From assembly GCF_000150275.1 (NCBI RefSeq), contig NW_002060943.1, positions 9,704,209 to 9,768,208 on the forward strand: a stretch of DNA of 64,000 nucleotides. The letters are read 5' to 3'. A program made the position numbers and the translations under genes. This DNA is from Trichoplax adhaerens (taxonomy: Eukaryota; Animalia; Placozoa). Position 1 is the stretch's first letter. Each line of letters opens with the position of its first letter. Below, in pieces: positions 50,021-62,800 of this stretch. Under the pieces are notes generated by a model that saw nothing but the letters and a program-made list of their open reading frames with translations, was not told the origin of the DNA and did not search any database.

Positions 50021-51820
50021 TAATGCTAGCTGATTGACTGTACTACTGTATATAGATGAGTTCGCGGGTGAATGAATTTGTAACGATTTTATCAGATCGA
50101 ACGTAAATCTAACTTTCTGTATGGTTATTCGATCAAAAATATTCAATAAATATTTATGATGAGCTTCACACTACTTCTTAGCGCACTCTAGCTGTTATTC
50201 GTAAAGCCATCCTAGACTATGTATAAAAATGCGGCATCCTCTTTAGTGAAACTGTAAAAGGGAAGATAGAGATTGTACCGGAGTATCTGCCTCCCTTTAA
50301 AATTTGACGCAAATCACATTCCTTATTTCTTAGTGTGGTTCAATGTCTTGACCAGTGTTGTAGAATACTGGTATTATTAACATCTCGAGCCAGATGCATA
50401 TTAAGTTTTAAACTTAGGTAAGAATGCATCATTCTATACTCTGCGAAATACCGAATCAAAGATTATTCATAGTTAATGTGCGTAAAATATAATGATGCTC
50501 CCATAACTTTTGCCCGAACATTGTCAATGCATACTTAATTACGTAACAGTGGTAATAATAAATCCAGCTAAAAAATCTTTTGAGATTAAAATCTGAAACT
50601 GCTTATAGATATTAGTACCAGATTTGTTGTAAACAGCAGTAAGCATATAATTAAAATCAGTCAACCTATATACGGCTTTTCTTAGATTAGCGTAAAGAGC
50701 TATAGTAAGCTTTAAATTCTTGGCAATATTTAGTCTATTACAATTATAATCTATGATGCTATACATATAGACATACGCGGATCTCCCGAAACAGTAAATT
50801 ATTGCTTTGTTTAGAATGGATAATGCCAAAATACTGTGGAAAAGTTTACATTCAGTACTTTAGTCTACTGTATACCAATGATTGTCATAACATTAAATAG
50901 CCGTAGAGAATATATTGAAGTCGCGTAGATCTCTTTTGTTTCTAATGGTCTATGGTAATAGTAAAAGAGAACTACTTAACTATTATTGGAGATAGCATTT
51001 ATATTTATAACTTACACTAATTGAAATAGTAAGGGATTATTGTAGCGATAGCCATTAAACTGGTGAATGGGCCAGCTCGTTAAAATTGCATTATATGATA
51101 TGAAATGTTAATTGATGAATTATGCATGAATTTGCCATGCTGGCAGGTCCGGTCCTTTCTAAAAAGTATTTAAACTAATTCAAGCCTCTCCGTCCGCCAG
51201 CAAATCTCCCCCATTCTATCCGTAGTGTTTACTTTCTATTGTTTAGTAATTAAAAAGCCTAGATGACGAGAAAGCCATACTTAGAAGCATCGAAAATTTA
51301 TGAAGTCATTCAACTATCACTACCCAAAAATTTACGGAAGATCACTGGAGCTAAATTCAAATCTAAAGCAACCTCACCAGTAATTCAGTCCGAAATAATT
51401 GCTTTAACGTTTAAAATCACTACTAATACTTTTATATTGATCTCTTTAAGTTAACACTATTAATATTAGCATTATCAGTAATAATAACACACCAATCAAC
51501 CTCATCATTGCGCAGACTACAAAAAATATACTATTCCAAGCAAACTACTGCACTTACTAGAGTGAATAAGACAGTTAGATGACAACACTTAATTCCTAAT
51601 TCTGTCGATGTTAAGATATTCGGAGATAAAACTCAGACGGTAGTAAGCATTTATATTATACTAGATTGATCCACGGTTTGTTTATTTAGCGTTATAGATT
51701 AAAACGTTTACATAAACATAGCAACGATTTTCTCTTACGTAAATAGCAATGCAATGAGTTTGAAAAAAGTAAACAAATTTTAACGGCGTTCTCAAAGTAA
51801 AAGTCACTATTTAGCTGTAA

Positions 51821-54800
51821 CTACATTCGCAGCCAGTACATCCCACTACGTATTCTATTGTAATCAGGAAGTTGTTCAATAGGACCTATCATGTAATAAT
51901 TTGTTAGATTGTTAGAGTGCTACCTTAATTATGCATGGCGCTAAAAGAAATACGAGTAAATCACTGGATTGTTATCACCTACCTACGGCAGCTACTGCTG
52001 GACACTGATCATAAATATACTTTGAAGCAACTGACTTGATTACTCCGGCTGTCACTTGCTAAAAAAATATCATAGAAATATATGTTGTCTGCAAAGGTAT
52101 CTATATCATCAGTAAAAGTTTCAATTTTAGTGAAAACATACCTCAATACGAGCATCTACTTCTGCTAGTGGAATGCGTCTTCCATAAGTTAGGATTTGTC
52201 GTCCAATGTCTTCACAGATTTGAGTAGACCCTTTAATATGCAACACAAGCTAACTAAGAAGTCGAGTTAAACGCAATTTCATTGTATTAAAGATACCATC
52301 TAGCTGCTGAAATAGAGTAGTCTTGAGCATGTTCTTGGCTCTCTTCACTTCATTTTCAGTAATACCGGTACAAACTCTCATCCTAACAGTGAGGAAATAA
52401 CATTTCATATCATAAACACTCAAACCGGAAGCTGGAAAAAGAGTAAATTACCATTCCTTTTGCAAGCTAAAGACCATATCGTCAATTTTCATGCGATCTG
52501 TGACAAAATAAGCCCCCCTGAAAAGAAAATGAAATCTTCATCTAGATGTAAAGAATTGTAATAGTATTTTTCGCTCGTAAAAGTAATAAATTTATTGTAC
52601 ACTGTTGAACTCATCTATTTCATTACCATAAACCAGTGTCCGTGTAGCAAGTATTAAATGACATGTAGCTATGGGCTAGATCATTCTCTCGTACGATCTA
52701 TAGTACAGAAACAAAATGATAAGCTAAATTACGCTAATAAACTTTATAATGCCGCAATCTTGAATATTACAGCTTACCCTAGCCAAACGACTTCCACTGT
52801 TCTAATACAGCAAAGTAAAATAGCAGAATTAATTTTTATCCATCATCTAAATATCCAATAAGGAAATACTACCTGCCCCGACGCAAAAGATCTGTCCCAA
52901 TTTCCGATGATCTATAGTAACAGACAACAAAACTTTCAAATCAAACGATGAACTGTCAAGCATAGATCAAATAATTAACTTACAGCATTAGCTACTAATA
53001 AAGGAAAGTAATCAGGATGAGTCCATCCACAGCCCTGTAAAGAAATAAAATGGAAGGTATAATTAGATCCATTATATACAGCACCACCTACAATACGTAG
53101 TATCCCATTTCTTTCATACCTCCACTGCAATAGCGATATGAGCCAAAGGCATATTATCGTCACGAACCAGAATCTATATTAACCACCAATTATTAATCGA
53201 TAGCTGATAACATAAAGTAGCGTTCTATTATGTAATAAAGCACACATTATAGGTAAATGTAAGTCTATAGCACCTCGCTTCCTGTATACCGACAATGAGT
53301 TAGCCCAGAAAATTTATCAGATGCTGTCGGTATATTCTTAAAATTCTGTTCCGCTAACCTAAGTAGATCGTCGTGTTTCACACCTCAAGAATCAATAACA
53401 ATAAAATAGTTAGGTTACCGAGAAGTATCAAGAAATACCCAAATACATAATCAATAACTATAAATTACCTCCGGCACCAGCCAAAACAATTCTAGGAGCT
53501 GTATAATGTGTAGAAATATAATCGAGCAAGTCATCCCGCGTTATAGACCTTAGAAGTACAAGAAGAAAATATTACACACATAGTTAACTAATACATCCTA
53601 TGAACTGGCATGATTTTACTGCCCTTTAGTGAAACTCCGTATAAGAATGTCATACGAAGTACAATATAGCTTACCTAATATTCTTACTTGGGCCAAGTAT
53701 GGTACGAGCCAAGTTTGTTCCCTGATAAGCAGTACTATGTAAGTGATCGAAAACTACCTCATCAGTTTGCGTATCCACTTCCTAATTTTGTATATGAATT
53801 ATAACAAATACAGATTAACATTCGGCTACTTCTAGGAAAATCAATATATTAGATTAGACAAAAAATGAAACCTGCATTTCACGAAGAATTACTCCTCTTT
53901 CGCGCTCCATTTCAGCTTCGCCAAGTAAAGGATTTTGAACTATGTCAGCCAATATTTCTACAGCCTTCGGAATATCTTTCGACAATACCTTTGCAAAGTA
54001 TACAGTCATTTCACGGGATGTATAAGCGTTTAAATGTCCACCCATATTCTCAATCTATAGTGATTGTAAAAGTTAGTTTGATGATACAGCCAATAATACT
54101 GTACATAGAATAATTAATTTCAATAAAACAAAAAAGGTAACATTTAAGTGGAATACGCCAACGATATTTGCTGTACCTCCACTTCTAAAGCCAATTGTGA
54201 ACGCCTCTTTGTTCCCTAAAAACGTAAATTGTCTTGATTCGATCAATGCCACATTACGTCGATGTCAGAAAGCACAGTAAGGTGCACTATGAGATAAACT
54301 AAATATTCGAGTGCACTAGCGAAGGCCGTGTTTTCGAAGCATAAAATGGATAGTACCTTAAAAATCATATGCTCCAAAAAATGTGCTACGCCATTCGTGT
54401 CATCGTTCTCGAAGCGACTACCCGCATCGATCCATAAGCCAATCTTAGTAAACAATTATACATATGTATTAAAAATGTAAGTGCAATGGTAATGAAATAA
54501 CATACATTAGTACCTTTCCCTACTTTGCCATGTGATAGCTCTTTTAAATATGATGAAATTTAATTTGCATATATAGTATTGTACATTATTTAAAATTACG
54601 TGCAGCAATAATAAATTGAGTAAACTCGAAAACTCGCTGTACCAAAACTAAATATCCCACGATGAAAGTAGACAATTCTAACTAATCTTACTAACAGTGG
54701 CGGTTAGAGATCCAGAGTCTTCTGAAGCTATCCGAAGACCATTATCAATAGTTGTCACCAATGTTTCTGGGACGTTCTCTAGGGACTAAAATTCATAAGT

Positions 54801-55136
54801 AACCGTTAAAAAGCTAAAGACATCAATCACTATCTAAACCATTCGGTATCGTAATCATTGCTGGATAGAAAAGCGCACTTAATTAATTTTATTTTAACTT
54901 AAAGGCTGCAGCACCTGCTGATAAGAAAATACTGGGCTAGCAATGCTGGATTGCAATCTGCTACCAAAAATACTTCTGGTCTAAAAATTAAGACAAAGAT
55001 GGTATAGATTAAAATTATTACCCTATATAGTTTTAGCGAGTCTATCTCACTCGTTCTGTTATATCTATTTTACCAATATCTTGTGCCATAACCGGTAGTT
55101 TCTGACACCCGGTAAGCGACAAATCGACGACATCAT
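51821..55136 (-). CDS. PMPCB: Mitochondrial processing peptidase beta subunit (M16 metallopeptidase); many short exons including a 24-nt exon at 52778-52801
   Basis: Arg-rich presequence [42 protein letters not shown], inverted zinc motif [40 protein letters not shown]. Ends [21 protein letters not shown]. Confidence 0.95.
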
Positions 55137-55285
55137 GATCACGGTCCACAGAGAGTAAACTGACAGCGAATTAAATCTAGCAGTTGGTAGTACCAACTTG
55201 GTTCGTTATTGATCTTACTTGTGCAGATGTGCGTATGCGCCTGCAAACTACACCTTTGCAGACCAGCCAGTAGTCACCGTGTAAC

Positions 55286-55793
55286 CAGTACTGTACTGTA
55301 CAGTATATTTCTAGAAGTCCACGCATGACCAATGACCATGATTCCACCGTGGACTACAGTACTGTACTGTACAGTACAGGTCGGATTTGTACAGCTGTAC
55401 ACTGTACAGTACTGTACTGTACTGTACGTACTATAGCTTACAGTACTGTACAGTACACGTTGGTCAAGTGAATCGGAGTTGGCCTTTAGCCGGAGTGGGG
55501 TTACAGAAGACCAGCGTACAAAATGTAGAATGTACAGTACTGTACTGTACAGTATACAATCCTACAGTACAGTATGGTTGATTGATTATTAATGTTTTCT
55601 GTATGGACCAGATGACAGCTGGGACTACTCAGACTGTACTGTACAGTACAGTACAGTACAGTAGCCCTGCTGCCTTAAACTTTATTGTACTGTACAGTAC
55701 AGTATTTAGCTGAAACCGCTCTTAAGAACTTTGTACTGTACAGTACTGTACTGTAACGCGGTGGGGCTACTGTACACTGTACTGTAGACTGTA
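55286..55793. repeat. (TACTG)n/(CAGTA)n array between divergent PMPCB and the kinase gene
   Basis: cagtactgtactgtacagta and gactgtactgtacagtacagtacagtacagtag, among others. Confidence 0.9.
55477..55511 (+). repeat. 35-bp direct repeat copy 1 (pairs with 59564-59598)
   Basis: agttggcctttagccggagtggggttacagaagac vs agttgacatttagccggagtgggactacagaagac, 31/35 identical. Confidence 0.75.
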
Positions 55794-56247
55794 ATCCCAG
55801 AAACAAACGGCATAAACAAATTGCGTTCTCGATCAATGCGCACTGTCAGGGTTGCAGCGACATACGGAATCAAACTTTAATGGCAGGCCGAGCATGGTAT
55901 CTCTAATTTAAATGAACTAAAGTACTTGATGATCATGTTGATACTACTATTATCAGTGTATTCCAATAATTATAATATTAGTAGGCTGTTTATTAACTTT
56001 ACACAGTGATATAGATGGATAGTTATAATTATGATCATGATTCGAGATAAATCATGATTATATTAGAAACCGTGAGTTAAAGTAAAAAGTATGCACAGTG
56101 CAATCGATTTGAAGTGAGACAATCCTGTAATCGCAACGACTCCACTGTCGTAGTTATGACACAGCAACATACGAGTATAACGCATGCACTTCATATTTGT
56201 AAATTGCAAGAAAATTTCTGACTGCGAATAGCTGGATATTTACTAGT

Positions 56248-57420
56248 ATGCCAGTTGAGGATCTACCCGCTAAAGAATTTGTTTATGAAAAAGATAAAAA
56301 ATTTCAATATAAACGTACGCCGGTAGAATCAAACAGTACGTTGTCCAGGAAAAGAAATTATGATAATGATGACGACGAAGAAGTAGCAGAAATCGTAAGA
56401 AATTACATTGAAAAAGACGAAATTGGCCGAGGAAACTTTGGTGTTGTGTACAAGGTTGAACAATCATCTAGTGGAAAGTTTTGGGCCTTAAAAGAAATAA
56501 AATGTTCGTCTAAAACTGATGTAAAGGAGGCAATGAAGGAAGTTAATATGTTAAAAGGATTGCGTCATCCCTATATTTTACAGTTCGAGGAAGCATTCGT
56601 CATTTACCGTGAAAACGAACGATATACTTGCATCGTAACAGAATATTGCAGCAACGGAACACTAAATGATCACCTCGCTATTGAAACTACTAGAAAGAAC
56701 AACCATCGTTGGATGGTAGAGCTAGCTTCTGCAATGAAATATTTACATGAACACCAGCCAGTTATTGTACATAGGGACTTAAAGCCCGAAAATATCTTCA
56801 TCACCGCACAAGGTTGTTTAAAAGTAGCTGATTTTGGATTGGCTTTGCACAGTATTAACCAACAACAGTTCGAACGTTACAGTACAAATGTCGCCAGCGA
56901 CAGAAGTGTATGCGGAACAAAAATGTATCTTGCGCCTGAAATTTACGACCAAATCTACGCCAAAGAAGGCGATATTTTCTCGTTGGGGTTGATCTATTGT
57001 ACAATGATTGAACGAACCTTTGTGAAAGTTGGAGGAAAGTGTCATTATGCTGTGTATTTTAAGCAAGAGAATGAAGGAAAATGTAGTATAATTCCTGTAG
57101 GAGTTCATATGAGATATTCCCGCAACAGCAATCACAGAATCGACTTTTTATTCCGTAAAGCAAACGATTATGAAAAATCACTAATAAAGCTGATGCTGCA
57201 GCGTCATCCAGCAGTTAGACCTCCTGCATCTGATATATACAGGCGCTGTAGGTGGATGGAGTCTGTTGATGGAAAGTCCAATCACTATGTTATACTTAAA
57301 ACAGTAGTTGGAGACGTCAATAACATAGTTAAAGACGAGTCCTTACGTTTTACGTTATTGGTAATAATCGTATTTGTACTTTGCTGTATATTGTTAAGCT
57401 ATCTCTACTTTGGTATCTAA
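56248..57420 (+). CDS. Intronless Ser/Thr protein kinase, STK35/PDIK1L (NKF4)-like, with a C-terminal hydrophobic transmembrane segment
   Basis: Single 390-aa ORF with GRGNFG, ALK, HRDLKPEN, DFG and APE. CGT..YLAPE...DIFSLGLIYCTMIERTF resembles the PDIK1L/STK35 region as recalled. Tail LRFTLLVIIVFVLCCILLSYLYFGI*. Confidence 0.85.
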   Translation: MPVEDLPAKEFVYEKDKKFQYKRTPVESNSTLSRKRNYDNDDDEEVAEIVRNYIEKDEIGRGNFGVVYKVEQSSSGKFWALKEIKCSSKTDVKEAMKEVNMLKGLRHPYILQFEEAFVIYRENERYTCIVTEYCSNGTLNDHLAIETTRKNNHRWMVELASAMKYLHEHQPVIVHRDLKPENIFITAQGCLKVADFGLALHSINQQQFERYSTNVASDRSVCGTKMYLAPEIYDQIYAKEGDIFSLGLIYCTMIERTFVKVGGKCHYAVYFKQENEGKCSIIPVGVHMRYSRNSNHRIDFLFRKANDYEKSLIKLMLQRHPAVRPPASDIYRRCRWMESVDGKSNHYVILKTVVGDVNNIVKDESLRFTLLVIIVFVLCCILLSYLYFGI

Positions 57421-59563
57421 CCAACTTAATTAAATAACGGTTCAGCATGTAAAATTCTGAAGTCAATCACTTTCACTAATGTACTGCTCTGTTTATTGCA
57501 ATGTTAAAATATTTCTTATTACTGTTTATCAACATAATAAGATGTACTAATATCTTCTTCCATGGACTTCCATAGACTCTAGTATGCGTACGATATATTA
57601 ATTAGAGGTGAGGGTGATAATGGTACGCAGGTTCTCTCTCTGAGAAGGCTAAGGTGATGAATAAGTAGCTGTATAATATTTTTTTTATTCAACCGCTCGA
57701 TAAGCGAGCACACTTATCCTACTCTTTTATTTCCCAGTAAAATATTTATTGTATTGCGTTTCATATTGCATGCCTGCGAGAAAGTTATTTAAGCACTGTG
57801 AGATTTCTTGAATAGGCATACTCAGAGCATCGATAATTAATTAATCATAATCATGAACCTGTATGCTTGTATATACAGTATGCATTATGCAATGTGCGAA
57901 CACTTTAATAAGTGTAATGTATTCTATGCGGTACAAAGATGTCCTTTATTTAATTGAAATTATAGCAACATGTAATGCTTAAATTAGCGATTCATACTGA
58001 AAGAATTGTAATTATTATTCTGAGCTATTTATTACAATTAAGGCATTTCGTCTATTACATTGTTTTCGGTATATACTGCATTGTATGAAGGCAAACTTGG
58101 TACACCCATTCTACGGAAAATAGTTACAATTCTTCTAATTTATAGATTTATTTATTTATTGAATAAAAGACGTACTACATTTGGAATGAAGAAATATCTA
58201 ATGTGACCACTGAACGGTATCTGTCGTACTTTATACGTTTACAGTTCACCACGTCCTTGCGAATGTAGTACACAATTAGTGGCTAGATCCCTGTCGATGC
58301 AAACCTCGATATTAATTTTCAACTCAATAATATAATTATGATTCAATGGATCAAAATCAAAATTAAATACGCATACTAGATGTTACTCCAGCATTTTCAT
58401 AATTCTATACTTTGTCTACAGTGATGGGCTACGAGTTACCGTCAATAAACTTAGGGAAAAAAATCATACGTTATGAATCGCTTACAAGCAAATCGAAAAA
58501 GCTTACTATCCTTAGAGATAATCTTACTATGGTCAATAGACTTCTGGAACCATTTGTATTGTGTTGCGTAAATTACTACCGATTAAATAAAATGCAATAT
58601 GCGTAACAAAGCATAGCTAAGCATGAGAGAAAGCTGATCACGTAGTCTACAGTTCACTAAATGATCTTTGCAGAATAGATTTGTTCCCAATTTAACTTGT
58701 TAATGACAATCAACTGAGAGCCTTATCTTTTCGCCAGTATGGTAGAGAACTTTATTATACTGCATAATTATAGTAACTTTGCATACATTTATTTAGAAAT
58801 CAAATGTACTCGTAACTGGTAACTTTTTGTAAACATGTATAACACGATGCCAAAAGCGTCACCGACGTTTTGATTATGCCACCATGTTAACATAAGTCTC
58901 AGGAGCAGTCATGATCGTTCCATCTCCGAGTTTAATATTATTATTTAGGGACCATCCGATAGGGCAATTAAGCATCATACGAGGTTGATACTCTACTTAC
59001 ATCGTCTACAGGATGTATTCGGTTAGTACCAATCACCTAAACCTAACCTTAATATTTCTAAAACTTAAATTAGTCTCCTTGATGACTGTAACAAATTGTG
59101 AACTATACCCAGCATTGAGATATGCGCTTAATAATAATCTCACTCAAGGCAATATATAGTAAGGAGTTAACACGGAATAAAATCTTGACAATACAGTATA
59201 AACCTCATATCGTTCTCACTGCGTGCATTTATTCATTTATGATTATATTACTGCAGCTAGGAATAGAGAAGTCCAAAATGATACAAAGAATAAGTTATTT
59301 AAAAAAATGCAGATATATATAATTAAGTTTTACAAGACTGTACGTCGTCTACAATAGTAATTATCGCACTCTAAAACGTAAGATCTATGGTAAGAAAAGA
59401 AATACGGTATAATCGTAATATACAGTACAGTAAGTTCTGTATCAATTACATACATCATTGTAGATCAATTATAATTATATAAAAGGTGGCCGACTCTTAC
59501 AATGCCATATTAAGAATTATTAATTAAAAATTATCATTGTATTCAACATATGACAAATATTGC

Positions 59564-59598
59564 AGTTGACATTTAGCCGGAGTGGGACTACAGAAGAC
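59564..59598 (+). repeat. 35-bp direct repeat copy 2 (pairs with 55477-55511)
   Basis: 31/35 identity, same orientation, about 4.1 kb apart with the kinase gene in between. Confidence 0.75.
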
Positions 59599-59870
59599 TA
59601 AATCGGAATAGCGTTTGTAAAATTGAATGTTAAAGACAAATAAATAAATGCAGCGTATAAATAAATAAACATATAAATAGATAATTAAGTATTGCATTTC
59701 TTAAATAAGTCAATACATTAGTGTTTCGTTCTTTTGCAACGTAAGACACTATACTATATATATTCAAGGCAGTCAGAACTGACCGAACCTCGAACAGGCG
59801 GAGCTAGAAGTCATACCTCTTGCAAAGTAAGTAGATCAATCCAAGAATAGGATATAAAAGTTTAGATCAA

Positions 59871-62800
59871 TTATACGACTGACACTCTTTCAAAGCTAGA
59901 TTTTCTATAATGTATTTTTCCTGTAAGAGTAGATCGATTAATACGGTCACTGACTTTTGTTTTTAATGTATCCCCGTAATGCCCATATGGCATTGAACCT
60001 GAGTCTATCACACCGGACCCATTCCCTGATGACCCTGTATTCGTATATCAATTCCGTACAACTTATTTACTATCCCACCATCTTTATCTTTAGTATATCC
60101 ACTATCAGGAATATCAGCTATAAATGAATAATAAAATAAACAGTAAAATCAAATTAAATGGAGAATGCCCACCAGTCAATAGAATGGTTATCATAATATG
60201 GTATCATTATAACGTACCATTGCGTAATCCTTCATTCAGGCGTGATGTACCTTCTTTCGAATCCGTGAAAGTTTGTAGCTCTAATCTTTTATTTTGCTGG
60301 CTAGTTTCGTGCCTCATATCTTTGCTAGTACTTACTTCATACCTATTATCTACGCTATTTGGGGTCTTTTAATGAATATAAAGTCAGAAAAGTCAGTACT
60401 TTAACTAGTATAAGTAATCCAGTAGAACTAATTATATTATTGACAACCTGTACCTCTGCCTCTGAAAAATGGGTATTCTGTGAGGAGTAAACGATCGGAG
60501 CCTTACAATATTTATTCTTGATACTAAGGCATAAATAATACAAGAGTCAAATTATGATTTACCGTTCTATATTACAATATAAAAAGAATACTACAACCAG
60601 GTTATTATTTTAAGGTATCATTAACAATTATGCCTAATCAACCTATCAATGGAACTACTCTTCTGGCTAGCTAGGTCAGAACTTGAATTAATTTTCAAAG
60701 AAGAGCCAAATCGGTAAAGACTTTGATTAAACGTTCTTAACGTAAACTGTCAAAAATTATAAAAAGTTTTTGCACATTCAGGATCTGATGTAATCAAATA
60801 GTCGTTTTAAATATACATTCCACCTGAGATTTAGCATGAGTTTTGATGTCCTCTTCTTCATCGTCATCATCACTGCGCAGCTCTCCCGATGCTCTTCTAA
60901 GATTAGTCTGACCAAGATCTTGAAGCACTCTTATCCCGACCTAAATTTTTTAGTTACGTCAGGCAAATTATCATTGATCACTTGGGGAATAGGCAAATTA
61001 CCTGAATTTCGTTTGATGTTTGCTCTCTTCTTTGCTTTGCTTGTCTTTCTCTACGACGTCGGATGAAGTTTCTTATAATCAGCAAAGCGTAAATTTTTGC
61101 GATGGTTATATCATTATCTGAAAAGTTAAATAACTTTTATCATAAAAATAGGGCAAATTATCGAGATTTACGAAGTATGAACACTTAAAATTATCGCATA
61201 AGCGCATAAGATCTACCTCATACTAAAGTTTATCAAGTCCTATTTCATTTCTTACATAGTATTTTATTATTGCATCAATGAGCTTCTAGATTACATGTAC
61301 AAAAACTCTTATCTTAAAGTATTGCAGATAATCAGGGAGGATAGCTAAACTCATGTTGTCTCTCCTAGACGTCATCATTGCAGTACACTACTTTTGGTAT
61401 CTAATTTCAAATACAAATGAAAGGCGAAACAGCTTTCACATGTAAATTATAATTTGTCCATACTAAAACAAAAGAAGTAAACTTTTTTAAGTACTCAGAA
61501 GCACGTGCTTTAAACAGCAAAGCTCTTAACCAAGTCATAATTATTAAAAATTAGCTGAATACATTATTGCATTATCAAGACTCTTCAAAGAGTGCGGCCA
61601 TTCACTACAATAAATTTAGCACAATAATAACAGGAAAACCCTTGAGTTATATATATCTAACAGCGGTAAAGTAAATTGCTACGAATGATTATCTAAACTC
61701 TAAAACACATCCCTGCAACAATTCTTAAACCAACTACGAATCGTGATACCATAACCATATGATTATGCTGTATCATAAACATTTTCAGGTTTAATTACCT
61801 AGTTCAGCTATATGTTACAAACCTTTTAGAGATAATGGAACAATTTCGTCTAGGAGTTTATTAGGAGTTCTGGGCCAAATCCTCTTAATAATATTTCTTA
61901 ACTCTCTGTCTCTTAAATCTAAGTTGCCTGATAAATCGTAATTAAAATTAGGGTCAAGGTATTTTATGTAAATACAGCGGAATTTGGTGCTACATCGATA
62001 AGTTTTACCTACCGTCTAGTTTAATTTTTAGTTGTTTTCGCACTAAAGCAAAGATCGTAGCATTGAATTTGACGTTGTTATCAGTCCCAAGAGGCATGTG
62101 CATACCCATTAAATTCTGAAATAAGAAGCTATTAAAATATCTTTTCTCTATTAAGGAAATTTTCTAGTGTTGCTAACCCTATATGCAGTAGAGTCCGGAC
62201 ATAACTTGCCGAGGCCTAACGGAGGAGAAATTCTTCTAAGCAACTTCACCATGTCGTCAAATTTAATTCGACCTCTAAATTATATAAGTCAAGTTGATAA
62301 AGCTTCAATTAGTTTGCACGCTTCACTGATAATGCATATGGTAATTGCGTAAAATTTTGACAGCATTCGAAAAGATACACTTAAATTCAGACTAAAGTAT
62401 CTATTGTCTAGTCATTCTTTGTTGTGATACGAATGATATTCTTACACCTACCAGTCGCATCTTATACCGTGTACCAAGTATATTGTAACAGTCTTGAACT
62501 AAACTAAACTGTTATCAGCAGACTATCAAATCTCATTCAGATTAAAATCAGGGACTTTAATATTTATCAGATCTACCTAACCTCAATTTCATCAACTAGT
62601 TACAGTAAAAGCTGTATTAGCTATTAGCTATTAGCTGTCATAATTATTAAACCGAAATAATGTATGAATCAAAATGGATCCCAAGCTAAGTAATATTGAC
62701 AACAGATTCTAGGATAATACATACAAGCATTCACTTCATTAAGCTCTACATGATATTATATTTCTACGTTGCATTAAAGGCGGGTAAGTCGGATCCGACT

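Noticed and set aside
62515-62597. Possible intronic C/D snoRNA on the minus strand (TGATGA...CTGA)
   Set aside because: Weak terminal stem and no guide complementarity to rRNA or snRNA that I recognise; such short boxes are expected by chance.
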